Below are positions 21,101 to 31,900 of a DNA stretch of 64,000 nucleotides, piece after piece. Both the position numbers and the translations under genes were made by a program. The notes below the pieces were generated by a model. That model did not search any database. It worked only from the letters and a program-made list of their open reading frames with translations, and had not been told where the DNA came from. Origin of the DNA: Auanema rhodensis (taxonomy: Eukaryota; Animalia; Nematoda); contig OZ059900.1 in NCBI GenBank assembly GCA_964057225.1, positions 10,726,001 to 10,790,000 of the forward strand, read 5' to 3'. Positions within the stretch are counted from its first letter, which is position 1; each line of letters starts with the position of its first letter.

Positions 21101-24100
21101 CAAGAAGAAGTGGAGAAACAAATAGAAGAAATGCTACAACAAAGAATCATTGAACCATCAAACTCAATGACAACTAGTCCAGTAATTTTGGTGAAGAAGA
21201 AAGACAAAACTTATAGATTTGTAACGGACTTTCGAGCTCTGAATGCAATCACTCAGAAACAAGTATATGTCATATCAAACATACAGGACATCCTAGATTT
21301 GGCCGCTGGAGCAAGGATCTTCAGCAACTTTGATTTAGTATCTGGATTTTTCCAAATACCTCTTAAGAAAGAAGATCGTCATCTTACAGCTTTCACAACA
21401 ACAAGTGGAACTTATCAATATTGTCGAATGCCGATGGGATTATGTGGATCACCCCATACTTTTCAAAACGCAGTACGATACCTGCAATCAATGGTTAAAT
21501 GCAAGCTATTCGTATATCTAGATGATTTACTGTTAATCTCTGAATCTACGACAGCACATTTAAAAGATATTGAAGAAGTTTTGGAAGCAGTAACTCAAAT
21601 AGGATTCAAAATAAAACTGAAGAAATGCGCATTCGCAAGAAAGGAAGTAAAATTTCTAGGATACATAGTTGGACAAGAAGGAATTAAACCGGACCCACAT
21701 AAAATTAAGGCAATACAAGATTATCCCCAACCAAAATCAACAACAGGAGTAAGAGCTTTCATGGGAGTAGTAAACTACTTCAGAAGGTTCATAAAGAACG
21801 CTGCAGGAATAGCAACACCGCTCTACAACCTCACTCGGAAAGACACTCCGTTCAAATGGACAGAAGAAGAAGAAATTGCTTTTAATACTTTGAAGAAAAC
21901 ATTGACTCAAGCACCTGTGTTACAAGCACCAATCCCGAAGCGACCATATGTTATTGAAAGTGATGGAAGTATGATAGCAGTTGGCGCTGTACTACTTCAA
22001 GCGAAAGACGATCAAGAACCATTACATCCAATAGCTTTTGCTAGTCGGAAACTCAACAAAGCCGAAAGGAATTATCCACCAATAGAAGTAGAAGCATTAG
22101 CTCTTACATTCGCCGTCAAACAATTTCGCACCTACATACTAGGAACAGCAACCAAAATTATCACGGACCATAGACCACTCACTAGTTTAATGACTAGAAA
22201 GGATTTAATAGGTCGTTTAGCAAAATTTCAAATTGTTTTACAAGAATACGATATTGAAATTATCTACAGACCAGGAAAATTAAACAGTGTATGTGACGCA
22301 TTATCACGATATTTTGAAGATGAAATCAACGAAGCAAAACCACCAGCAAAGAAGAAAAACGAAAGAAAAACGACGGAAGATACTATTCATCAGATAAACA
22401 CCTTCACGATAGCAGATATTCGATCAGTTCAGAATCAATCAAATTGGATAAAAGAAACTATGGATAAAATAAAGAATAATACAGCTGGACGACAACTGAC
22501 GGACAGATATATAGTGTACAACGATGTACTATACTCAAAACCAAAAAGAAGCCTACAAGTACCACGAACAATTTTACCACGAGAAGAGCACATAATTAAT
22601 CCAATTATGAAGAAATTTCATGAAGATCCGACACTCGGAGCTCATCTAGGAATAAACAAAACAATGGACTCAATATCAAAACGATTTACATGGACTGGAA
22701 TGCAAGAAGACATTACAAACTACATCAACAGATGTCTTGCTTGTGCGAAAAGAAAGAACAACCCTCACGAAGCAACGGTGGAACCAATGAAAAATTTTCC
22801 AACATCAACAAAACCATGGCAAAGAGTACACATGGATATACTCGGACCATTACCTAGGACAGAACAAGAAAACAGATATGTTCTTTCAATTCAAGATTCT
22901 TTTTCAAAATGGATAATCGCAATTCCGCTAATCAGACAAACATCAGAAGAAATTATATCAGCTATCGAAAAATATCTCTTCTATGTTTTTGGACCACCTG
23001 TCACTATCATCACAGACAATGGATCTAATTTTATTTCAAACGATTTCACCACTATGTGCAGTAATTTTGGAACTACACACCACACTACTATGCCGTATTA
23101 CAAAAACGCTAACGGACAAGTAGAAAGATTACATCGGACGATCGAAGAAGCATTAACAGCCTACGTTAATGACGAACAAAACGATTGGGATAAGATACTT
23201 CCGAAGATTATTTTTACACTCAACAGATTACCAAACGCCACCACTAAAACATCACCATACGAATGTTTGTTTGGACAAGTAGCACGTCTACCCATTGACA
23301 AAAACTTGGAAACACCGGAAGAACAAAATATCACGGATCAGCTCAAAAACTTAAGAGATATTCAAGAAAAAGTCAAGGAAAAGATTGCCACCAATGAAGA
23401 AAGAATGAAGCAGAAATACGATCAAACACATAGGACAAAAGAAAGAATATTAGATATAGGAGATCGAGTATTTGTACAAAGAGCGAACCCAAGCAACAAA
23501 TTACAAATACGAAGAGATGGACCATACCGGATAGTGACAATTGAAGGAAACAACATCAGCATAACGGATCAAGATGGAAATATTATAAAAGCTCACAAAA
23601 ATAACATACGTTATTTTCCACCAGACGATAATCTTATATCAACAAGAAATAATGAAGAAGAGGAAGAAGAAGACCAAGACATAGCAAACGAAGAAGAAGA
23701 AGAAGAAGAAGCAAGTTGGAATAATCTGGATGAATGGGAACAAACCAATAATACGGAAAATAACAACAACTGTTACCCAACAGGCAGTCCAGATACTCTC
23801 GCGCAACTGTTACCTATCACAGGGAATAACAGAGGAGTAAACGAAGAAGAAATTGAACATAATTCAGAAACACCTGACGACCTTGCTACAGCAAGAAGAA
23901 TAACAAATTCTAATATACAATTAGAAGATGAATCAACAACAATCGACAGAATTCAAGAGGACCTCAGACAGCTGACACCTTTCTCTCAAGAAGAAGGTTC
24001 TAATCAAAACGATATAGAAGATAATAACGCGAAAACATACGAAAAGCTACGAGATCAATTCAAGAATGAAAACAGAAAGGAGCTATTTGAGGACAGAAAC

Positions 24101-24331
24101 AGAAACTCACCAGCAATCAAAAATTGGAACACTACACTTGCCGCAGCACTAGGAATAGGAAATGAAAACTCACGCCCGTATCATGTTAAACTACAACCCA
24201 AAAGAAAAACACAAGACGAAGAAATCAGAAATAATGGAGAATTGGAACTACATGGAAAAGCGGATCAAAGCAAAAAGCAGCAGAATAAATCTCCAACGCA
24301 AAACAAAGGAGAACAAGTACGAAACTTTTAA
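15131..24331 (+). CDS. Gag-Env-Pol polyprotein, copy 2 (frame open from 15086)
   Basis: Same motifs as copy 1; uninterrupted ORF. Confidence 0.93.
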   Translation: MLPNTGPKPPLDPAATSNIIRRKRQPPATYSPPSAKQAKLSIKTKSMVIHTPRHRGIQKQFTNPKSHEKTKKQKTDIVERNTLEKKIIPNINPIPKNIASKGNPQNPPTNTIPNTINPINPLIATPRRSNTPTTQKSPTPALSSTTPAVSSSPPLRNSPSSIDHSTSGHSLSPSLPSQTNQANTFVAENKRINPRMDPMDEGAPLTQTSGRAPVPTPTIIPQPAAIPSAIRDIKAPRYDGKTPFNRYLLYLDEHFNATRTTMPERLQSIQLLLEDDRAREAYRKLTTEDKRLGWDHVKKRLSEMITPKKQRERAMHRLHGLKQLPTESVQSFATRCSNEAYSAMDMNNESELNMLRSTFTWGLRPEISEHVSRLDPPNFEEAYEMALREELFIQNRPTSFVNNIEKSFNNLNIRDSKDNNQYQRNESKDFKGTKPMYNGNGKPHNRYPDRYNNQYRPHQHQYRNHNSRFSQNKGSRQNYFDRSRNRSQERPYYRNRDQNYSGHNNRRQSNNHEQYPSQYNRSQYNNYRSRPRSTSNGPERYRERTQSPGVRFQVNNVTENEVPNNKRKSTPFLPLFITIIALIINTCSAETTYQLCTGNRGGIYVEPPSPTACRSIAPTNNHIQKTTAELFIQNLQPKEWEAWKCAIETYQLCIHDVFFIRETNVSLAKVSPTTLQECTSAIKERIFNGTNLQREAPGLYGTPFPETTITNGIWKQECEQRTRFIAERGHMTSLQDNTVLSDIFINDNGCTSDKGQCLTNNALIIWTPPSEKHSCSYTSLGSHKVFISEDTILIPGIQSAFILNNKTPEKEASSCLQKEIFTTNSGTLISFNSTSSLGRSRRHAITEYPKGFLTVHQYPSLRYSASKTGTILLYTTYIQRKRLDIHYNLNNITNMLPKYIAIFKYLGINFDVIKNRLIWHKYEDVNIAILHALGEAEIREATKIAIDNLSYKELTQKLSKRITIKDFKKILPTKTGDYYEIAKEIAYSLAEIPTTLATGETTPSLEEYLYQLMPPRKPKLTKTRNDLELYEQLAQAKIILNAINNPKKLHSKEEYEAEMKKWIKYEKELNLPPLQLPNYTVIFDGDDIFYGFRKRNPTNYSITQEDSEKFYNHYLPLISTPGTRPFATTIRSTSTPLQTTTTTTTTTPKPTTIRNVITSTITPKTHISETTRPKPTIPTSSSTTTTTTTTTTTTSTTARPRSTTTTTPTTTTTIFTTHRPTQSFSTPQSTFNITTNPITITSSQEYNRKESLTKSPPPRTTKRSITTTRSTPEEISSHIGKKAHVDYLKAKNDIVQKWNEHLHQQETQSHLQYATTNLEDDIIRTFTTNRNNICHVQNKQLITWWAILQINPTIGMRTMLRRQDISARFINDKLIYVMPCTPIQITKTYRDHKVNSTCFLETPVETEHHGQLFILPGTRDLTPMAHAIPCGLTIKDPWKENDQWTNNNQSINVTSPAYIDELGSINLEHIKFNGSNIFNNLTESTFPMALAISYGSSLATLQATLPGRIKPVIKQRLIPNMNPVTLTAGAASSLLLSYEHTKEAITRKMFDFLSPIWEKIQTWTLRVLAIIGSIIITIGIITLATWIIKIYACSSRMPINNVKWEAEYLQPLSTENTRTETSHPSPSAPYVDNHHNSCQLTLYDPSAPIPEHIYEAYFPTNMKKENINYIGGSQLPFVPISIHNHIFKALWDTGASASYMRESTFKQLPAATMVLKQTTAIVANKSKFSFMGYTRILITIGTTETEHKFYVAEDNYCPAPVLLGIDFMEALHQQGIYTSLRPLDKTIVIGTTHVPLARETSPWEHQTTKAYVVSLENKTLRPGETRTLTLEVHDPESYEQAFLDCKKPGNKLSFTPTIFTPTGYGVQIYATNICKQPLEIQMNQEIGIAEAIPKDNQEKYEGQYIPLEARWEEQLPYFPDNFINELDLSEACFSQIEQQQLKEIILLHKQAFLNEDRNIGLFLGPIEHSIPIMPGKTPSFKITYRIPLSQQEEVEKQIEEMLQQRIIEPSNSMTTSPVILVKKKDKTYRFVTDFRALNAITQKQVYVISNIQDILDLAAGARIFSNFDLVSGFFQIPLKKEDRHLTAFTTTSGTYQYCRMPMGLCGSPHTFQNAVRYLQSMVKCKLFVYLDDLLLISESTTAHLKDIEEVLEAVTQIGFKIKLKKCAFARKEVKFLGYIVGQEGIKPDPHKIKAIQDYPQPKSTTGVRAFMGVVNYFRRFIKNAAGIATPLYNLTRKDTPFKWTEEEEIAFNTLKKTLTQAPVLQAPIPKRPYVIESDGSMIAVGAVLLQAKDDQEPLHPIAFASRKLNKAERNYPPIEVEALALTFAVKQFRTYILGTATKIITDHRPLTSLMTRKDLIGRLAKFQIVLQEYDIEIIYRPGKLNSVCDALSRYFEDEINEAKPPAKKKNERKTTEDTIHQINTFTIADIRSVQNQSNWIKETMDKIKNNTAGRQLTDRYIVYNDVLYSKPKRSLQVPRTILPREEHIINPIMKKFHEDPTLGAHLGINKTMDSISKRFTWTGMQEDITNYINRCLACAKRKNNPHEATVEPMKNFPTSTKPWQRVHMDILGPLPRTEQENRYVLSIQDSFSKWIIAIPLIRQTSEEIISAIEKYLFYVFGPPVTIITDNGSNFISNDFTTMCSNFGTTHHTTMPYYKNANGQVERLHRTIEEALTAYVNDEQNDWDKILPKIIFTLNRLPNATTKTSPYECLFGQVARLPIDKNLETPEEQNITDQLKNLRDIQEKVKEKIATNEERMKQKYDQTHRTKERILDIGDRVFVQRANPSNKLQIRRDGPYRIVTIEGNNISITDQDGNIIKAHKNNIRYFPPDDNLISTRNNEEEEEEDQDIANEEEEEEEASWNNLDEWEQTNNTENNNNCYPTGSPDTLAQLLPITGNNRGVNEEEIEHNSETPDDLATARRITNSNIQLEDESTTIDRIQEDLRQLTPFSQEEGSNQNDIEDNNAKTYEKLRDQFKNENRKELFEDRNRNSPAIKNWNTTLAAALGIGNENSRPYHVKLQPKRKTQDEEIRNNGELELHGKADQSKKQQNKSPTQNKGEQVRNF

Positions 24332-24531
24332 TTAGCTAACAAAAATCGTAGAATTGTAAAAATAATTTTTCTTTCTTTCGTATAGTACATTAAACATAAG
24401 ACATAGATCAAAAACCACCGAAATTCTAATTTCTATCCTTTAATTTTAACAAATTGTAACAATCACTGAAAAACAAACTATATAAAGAGAAAATTTTGAT
24501 AGAGAAAAATTCAAAAACATTTTTACTCAAA

Positions 24532-25176
24532 ATGACCTCCTCTCTCGCCAACGTCACACTCTCTACATTCCTCGCAACTCCAACACCACTGGTCCCTCTA
24601 GCGACCACTATTGAGCAAGAATGGATAGAGGTAGAAAACCTTCGCGAAGGTCTTCTACCTATCAACTGCATGAAGCCGAACTTAGGACCAATAATAAGCC
24701 TCCAAACGAGCAAATTGGAAAAGAAGACACAGCACATCCTATTTATGATGGAACTATTGGAGGAGAAAACCAAAAACTATAAGGAACACGATCTGAAGGA
24801 GCTTCGCCAGCATCAAAAGAAATGGACAGAAGGATGTTCTCTCAGCCAGAAAGAGAACAGAATCCGAAACATAATGCTGGGACAACCCGCCAGAACGCAG
24901 ACCACAGCTGACATCTACAAAGCAATGCCGACGTGGACAACACAGATGACACAACAAGCTGTAGGAAATAGCGGAACCAAAGAAGAAGCATCGTGGATAG
25001 AGATAGGGCAAGACCTATCAGTAGTAATCGAAAAACTACTGACAAAAAGGACTACCAACACGTCCGCATCAAAAAGTAAGGCAAAAGCAGTTAGCCAAAC
25101 CATCAGAACAATGGAGCTGCTTGGACTAGCATCAATGACGGAAATGATCCAGGAAATTGACCAACTGGCGGATTAA
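24532..25176 (+). CDS. Accessory ORF2, copy 2
   Basis: Identical translation to copy 1. Confidence 0.7.
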   Translation: MTSSLANVTLSTFLATPTPLVPLATTIEQEWIEVENLREGLLPINCMKPNLGPIISLQTSKLEKKTQHILFMMELLEEKTKNYKEHDLKELRQHQKKWTEGCSLSQKENRIRNIMLGQPARTQTTADIYKAMPTWTTQMTQQAVGNSGTKEEASWIEIGQDLSVVIEKLLTKRTTNTSASKSKAKAVSQTIRTMELLGLASMTEMIQEIDQLAD

Positions 25177-25358
25177 AGAAGAGAGGAAAGGTTTAAATCA
25201 TTTATAAAATTCTATCTCTTAAAAAAATTTTTCTCTTTATCAATAGTTTGTTGAAAAATTTGCTTTATCTCATGCCATTTTATTTTTTTTTATTTTTCTC
25301 TCTTAATTATTATTTGCATATAACAGCTGAGGTCAGCTGACTTGTATCCGTTGGGGCA

Positions 25359-25767
25359 TGTTACATACATATCTCAAAGGAAAGCAGCTGACCATGGCAG
25401 CTGCTATTATTAAACTAATGCAGATAGTTTTTAAGCAATTCTGAGAATATTCTAGATGCACTTTTTATAAGCTTTGTAACAATTTGTGTAAACTGAGTAG
25501 GAGTTGTATGGATATATAAACCTGAGTCCTCAAGACTCAGGCATCTCATTATCTTACTTTCTCTTTATCTTCTTTATATTCTCTTTCTTAACTTTAGCTT
25601 TAATCTTTGTATAATTATATTATAATGCGAACAATAAACCTTTATATATTTCATCTTTTGTTTCTTATTTCACCTTACATTACACACTTATATTTGAAAT
25701 CATACTCATCGTCTCATAGTCTGTTTGGATATCTCAACTTGGAACCATTGAGAATCTAAATGGAACG
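25359..25767 (+). repeat. Variant LTR (409 bp) closing copy 2
   Basis: Lacks one TCTCATTA repeat and has several SNPs relative to the LTRs at 1576 and 13468. Followed by a PBS rather than a TSD. Confidence 0.9.
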
Positions 25768-26011
25768 TGGAGGTTCCACCGAGATCCTTCCTTTCGGACA
25801 GGATCTCGTAAAGGAACTCAAGCGCTACCGTCTACAACTCTTATTCATTTAAAAATCTTATCTCTCTCTTAAAGTTAGCTTATAATATTTTCTTAAAAAC
25901 TCTAAAACTTTTCTATTAAAAATTATATCCAAAAACTCTTTACAAAAACTCAGTTTTCCATTCATTATATTCTCATAAATCATTTTCAATTATTCATAAG
26001 AGTACTTATAT
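25768..26011 (+). mobile_element. PBS plus truncated 5' leader of a further gypsy copy
   Basis: TGGAGGTTCCACCGAGAT and leader variants shared with copy 3 (aaatcattttcaatt). Breaks into the tRNA spacer near 26011. Confidence 0.88.
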
Positions 26012-26065
26012 TGTTGTCACAATAATTTCTTTGTTTAAGTAAGAGTATTCTTGGAAAAACCCTGT

Positions 26066-27139
26066 GATCAGGTGGCCGAGTGGTTAAGGCGATGGACTGC
26101 TAATCCATTGGGGTTTCCCCGCGTGAGTTCGAATCTCATCCTGATCGTTAGTTTTGTTTTTTATGACAACGGATGCTCCATTCAAACTATCATTTTCTAA
26201 ATAAAGCCAAGCCACCTGATTTAATAGGAAGACTATATTATTCATTTGTTGACGTTATTTATTCTCACAATAATTTCTTTGTTTATGTAAGAGTATTCTT
26301 GGAAAAACCCTGTGATCAGGTGGCCGAGTGGTTAAGGCGATGGACTGCTAATCCATTGGGGTTTCCCCGCGTGAGTTCGAATCTCATCCTGATCGTTAGT
26401 TTTGTTTTTTATGACAACGGATGCTCCATTCAAACTATCATTTTCTAAATAAAGCCAATCCACCTGATTTAATAGGAAGATTATATTATTCATTTGTTGA
26501 CGTTATTTATTCTCACAATAATTTCTTTGTTTATGTAAGAGTATTCTTGGAAAAACCCTGTGATCAGGTGGCCGAGTGGTTAAGGCGATGGACTGCTAAT
26601 CCATTGGGGTTTCCCCGCGTGAGTTCGAATCTCATCCTGATCGTTAGTTTTGTTTTTTATGACAACGGATGCTCCATTCAAACTATCATTTTCTAAATAA
26701 TGCCAAGCCATCTGATTTAATAGGAAGACTTTCTTATTTGTTTGCTGACGATATTTGTTGTCACAATAATTTCTTTGTTTAAGTAAGAGTATTCTTGGAA
26801 AAACCCTGTGATCAGGTGGCCGAGTGGTTAAGGCGATGGACTGCTAATCCATTGGGGTTTCCCCGCGTGAGTTCGAATCTCATCCTGATCGTTAGTTTTG
26901 TTTTTTATGACAACGGATGCTCCATTCAAACTATCATTTTCTAAATGAAGCCAAGCCACCTGATTTAACAGGAAGACTTTCTTATTTGTTTGTTGACGAT
27001 ATTTGTTGTCACAATAATTTCTTTGTTTAAGTAAGAGTTTTCTTGGAAAAACCCTGTGATCAGGTGGCCGAGTGGTTAAGGCGATGGACTGCTAATCCAT
27101 TGGGGTTTCCCCGCGTGAGTTCGAATCTCATCCTGATCG
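26066..27139 (+). tRNA. Five tandem tRNA-Ser(GCT) genes
   Basis: 82-nt genes start at 26066, 26314, 26562, 26810 and 27058. Each is followed by a TTTTGTTTTTT Pol III terminator. Confidence 0.95.
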
Positions 27140-28903
27140 TTAGTTTTGTTTTTTATGACAACGGATGCTCCATTCAAACTATCATTTTCTAAATAAAGCC
27201 AAGCCACCTGATTTAATAGGAAGACTATATTATTCATTTGTTGATGTTACATACATATCTCAAAGGAAAGCAGCTGACCATGGCAGCTGCTATTATTAAA
27301 CTAATGCAGATAGTTTTTAAGCAATTCTGAGAATATTCTAAATGCACTTTTTATAAGCTTTGTAACAATTTGTGTAAACTGAGTAGGAGTTGTATGGATA
27401 TATAAACCTGAGTCCTCAAGACTCAGGCATCTCATTATCTCATTATCTTACTTTCTCTTTATCTTCTTTATATTCTCTTTCTTAACTCTAGCTTAAATCT
27501 TTGTATAATTATATTATAATGCGAACAATAAACCTTTATATATTTGATCTCTTGTTTCTTATTTCACCTTACATTACACACTTATATTTAAAATCATACT
27601 CATCGTCCCATAATCTGTTTGGATATCTCAACTTGGAACCATTGGGAATCTAAATGGAACGTGGAGGTTCCACCGAGATCCTTCCTTTCGGACAGGATCT
27701 CGTAAAGGAACTCAAGCGCTACCGTCTACAACTCTTATTCATTTAAAAATCTTATCTCTCTCTTAAAGTTAGCTTATAATATTTTCTTAAAAACTCTAAA
27801 ACTTTTCTATTAAAAATTATATCCAAAAACTCTTTACAAAAACTCAGTTTTCCATTCATTATATTCTCATAAATCATTTTCAATTATTCATAAGAGTACT
27901 TATATCATTTATCATTTTCTCTATCCAAAATCCTATATACGAAAATTATTCAAATTCAATAATTAACTTTTCTAAGAATTATAAGTTTATTTTCACATTT
28001 TTTGAACAAAAATAGTTAAGTTCTTTATAAAATTAATTTAGAATTAAGAAATAAAAAAGAATATTACCTCTCAATCTTAATCATCTTATCATATTATCTG
28101 AATCTTCATCTTATCATACTATCTTAATCATCCTATCATACCATATTTTTATTATTTTCTTTATGTTCGTTTATAAAACTATTATTCTTATGCTACTACA
28201 CTGTATTCTCATAAACCCACCCCTTCCCCCCCCGTAATTTCATAAACAAGAAATCCCGTGTTAAACACGACAGTAAAAATATTTATTAGGCGCAGCGTAT
28301 CCAAATTCCGATTACCTTAGCACCTGAAAATACGAAAAATAATTAAATTAATCAATAAGTTTTAACTTATACGCAAAAACCATCCCCCCCTCGTTAAGAA
28401 TAATGCCAGACACTCAAGAGACTCGAGCGGAGGCCGACACTCAGGATAAGACGTACGCCCCATGAAATAATTAGAAAATTTTTGAATTGAAATCTGCCCC
28501 ACATTGATATAAATAATAAGAGTGGTCTCGCCATCATAGAGTCAGGGAGCAGGATGCAGAAGGCAGCTGACATACCTGTGACTCAGATAGGTTAATGAGG
28601 TCTGGGAAAATGAAATGATTGCGAAAATTCTATTTTGTATCCTTGTCCCAAAAGACTGGCGAACTATTAACTTTCATTTCATGCCTTTTTCACAATATAG
28701 AACTTGTCCCTTCGAAAAGGCACACTAGTTTCAAACCTGTGTTAGACCCGGACGAGCTATATTGGTAAAGAGATTACTTGCAAGACTAGCTACCTTCATA
28801 AGAATCGCGCACACAAACCCAACATTATTCTTTACGCTTTTCTATATATAAAATTATTTTGGCACACGTTGGATATAACAAATTTCCTTACAGGATACCA
28901 ACG

Positions 28904-31900
28904 ATGCTGCCCAATACTGGTCCAAAACCTCCGCTGGACCCTGCTGCCACTTCAAATATTATAAGAAGAAAAAGACAACCGCCCGCAACATATTCTCCCC
29001 CCTCTGCAAAACAAGCGAAGATAAGCATTAAAACAAAGTCAATGGTAATACATACCCCAAGACATCGCGGCATTCAAAAACAATTCACCAATCCCAAATC
29101 ACATGAAAAAACGAAGAAACAAAAAACAGACATAGTCGAAAGAAACACCTTAGAAAAGAAAATTATCCCAAACATTAAACCTATTCCTAAAAACATAGCA
29201 AGCAAAGGGAACCCTCAAAACCCCCCAACCAACACCATACCAAATACAATCAACCCAATCAATCCTTTAATAGCCACCCCTAGAAGAAGCAACACACCAA
29301 CCACACAAAAATCACCTACGCCCGCACTTTCTTCAACCACACCCGCAGTAAGCTCATCCCCACCTCTACGAAACTCACCTTCATCCATTGATCATTCTAC
29401 ATCTGGGCATTCTCTATCTCCGTCTCTTCCATCGCAAACTAATCAAGCAAATACTTTTGTTGCAGAAAACAAGAGAATTAACCCAAGAATGGACCCAATG
29501 GACGAAGGCGCACCACTTACGCAAACCTCGGGAAGGGCACCTGTTCCAACACCTACAATCATCCCTCAACCAGCAGCGATTCCGTCCGCCATACGCGATA
29601 TAAAAGCTCCACGCTACGATGGAAAAACACCATTCAACCGCTATCTACTATACCTAGATGAACACTTCAACGCTACAAGAACAACTATGCCCGAACGTCT
29701 TCAAAGCATACAATTATTGCTAGAAGATGATCGAGCAAGAGAAGCGTACAGAAAACTCACAACCGAAGATAAGCGACTTGGATGGGACCATGTCAAGAAG
29801 CGACTCTCAGAAATGATCACACCGAAAAAACAGAGAGAACGAGCAATGCACCGCCTACATGGCTTGAAACAGTTACCAACGGAATCGGTACAAAGCTTTG
29901 CAACAAGATGTTCTAACGAAGCCTACTCGGCTATGGACATGAACAACGAAAGTGAGCTTAACATGCTCCGATCCACCTTCACCTGGGGACTAAGACCCGA
30001 AATAAGCGAACACGTTAGCCGTCTAGACCCACCAAACTTTGAGGAAGCTTACGAAATGGCCTTACGAGAAGAACTCTTTATACAAAATAGACCACCATCG
30101 TTCGTCAACAATATGGAGAAGTCGTTCAATAACCTCAACATTCGAGACTCGAAGGACAACAATCAATACCAGAGAAACGAATCTAAGGATTTCAAAGGAA
30201 CCAAACCGATGTATAATGGCAATGGCAAACCACACAACCGATATCCGGACAGATACAACAACCAATATCGGCCTCATCAACACCAATACAGGAACCATAA
30301 CTCACGATTCTCTCAAAATAAGGGATCAAGACAAAACTACTTCGACAGATCACGGAACAGAAGCCAAGAAAGACCATACTATCGAAACCGCGACCAAAAC
30401 TATAGCGGACACAACAACCGGCGACAATCAAATAATCACGAACAATACCCCTCTCAATACAATCGAAGCCAATACAACAATTATAGAAGTCGCCCGCGCA
30501 GCACCTCCAATGGACCGGAACGGTATAGAGAACGCACACAGAGCCCAGGAGTACGTTTTCAAGTCAACAACGTCACGGAAAACGAAGTACCGAACAACAA
30601 AAGAAAATCAACACCATTCCTACCCCTCTTTATCACAATTATCGCACTCATTATAAACACATGCAGTGCAGAAACAACGTACCAGTTATGCACAGGAAAC
30701 AGAGGAGGAATATATGTCGAGCCGCCATCTCCAACAGCTTGCCGATCCACCGCACCAACTAATAACCATATCCAGAAGACAACAGCAGAATTGTTCATCC
30801 AAAACCTACAACCAAAAGAATGGGAAGCATGGAAATGTGCAATTGAAACTTACCAACTCTGCATTCACGACGTTTTCTTCATCAGAGAAACTAATGTCTC
30901 ACTAGCAAAAGTTTCACCAACAACACTGCAAGAATGTTCGTCAGCTATTAAAGAAAGAATATTCAACGGTACCAACCTTCAAAGAGAAGCACCAGGACTC
31001 TATGGAACTCCATTCCCACATACAACTATTACTAATGGTATATGGAAACAGGAATGCGAACAACGTACCAGATTCATAGCTGAACGAGGACACATGACCA
31101 GCCTACAAGACAATACAGTACTCTCAGATATATTCATAAACGACAACGGATGCACCAGTGACAAAGGACAATGCCTAACCAACAACGCTCTCATCATATG
31201 GACCCCACCATCAGAAAAACATAGTTGCTCGTACACTTCATTAGGCTCTCACGAAGTTTTTATATCAGAAGACACCATATTGATTCCCGGAATTCAAAGT
31301 GCTTTTATTCTAAACAATAAAACACCGGAAAAAGAAGCCTCCTCATGCTTACAAAAAGATATATTTACTACAAATAGTGGAACTCTAATCTCCTTCAACT
31401 CAACCTCAAGCTTAGGACGATCAAGAAGACACGCAATCACGGAATACCCTAAAGGATTCTTGACAGTTCATCAATACCCCTCGCTAAGATATTCAGCCAG
31501 CAAAACCGGAACTATTCTACTATATACAACCTATATTCAACGGAAAAGACTTGACATCCATTACAATCTCAATAACATAACAAAAATGTTACCTAAGTAT
31601 ATCGCAATCTTCAAATACCTAGGTATAAATTTTGATGTTATCAAAAATCGTCTTATATGGCACAAATATGAAGACGTCAACATAGCCATTCTACACGCCC
31701 TAGGAGAAGCAGAAATAAGAGAAGCAACAAAAATCGCGATCGATAATCTATCGTATAAGGAACTTACGCATAAACTTAGCAAACGGATCACAATTAAGGA
31801 TTTTAAGAAGATACTACCAACCAAAACAGGAGACTACTATGAAATCGCGAAAGAAATTGCTTACTCACTTGCGGAAATACCTACTACGTTAGCTACAGGA

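Larger units (their letters stand above)
13468..25767 (+). mobile_element. Ty3/gypsy element copy 2 (tandem with copy 1)
   Basis: Near-identical to copy 1 at an offset of 11,891-11,892 bp. The polyproteins differ at only two residues that I could see (R/P, E/K). Confidence 0.95.
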
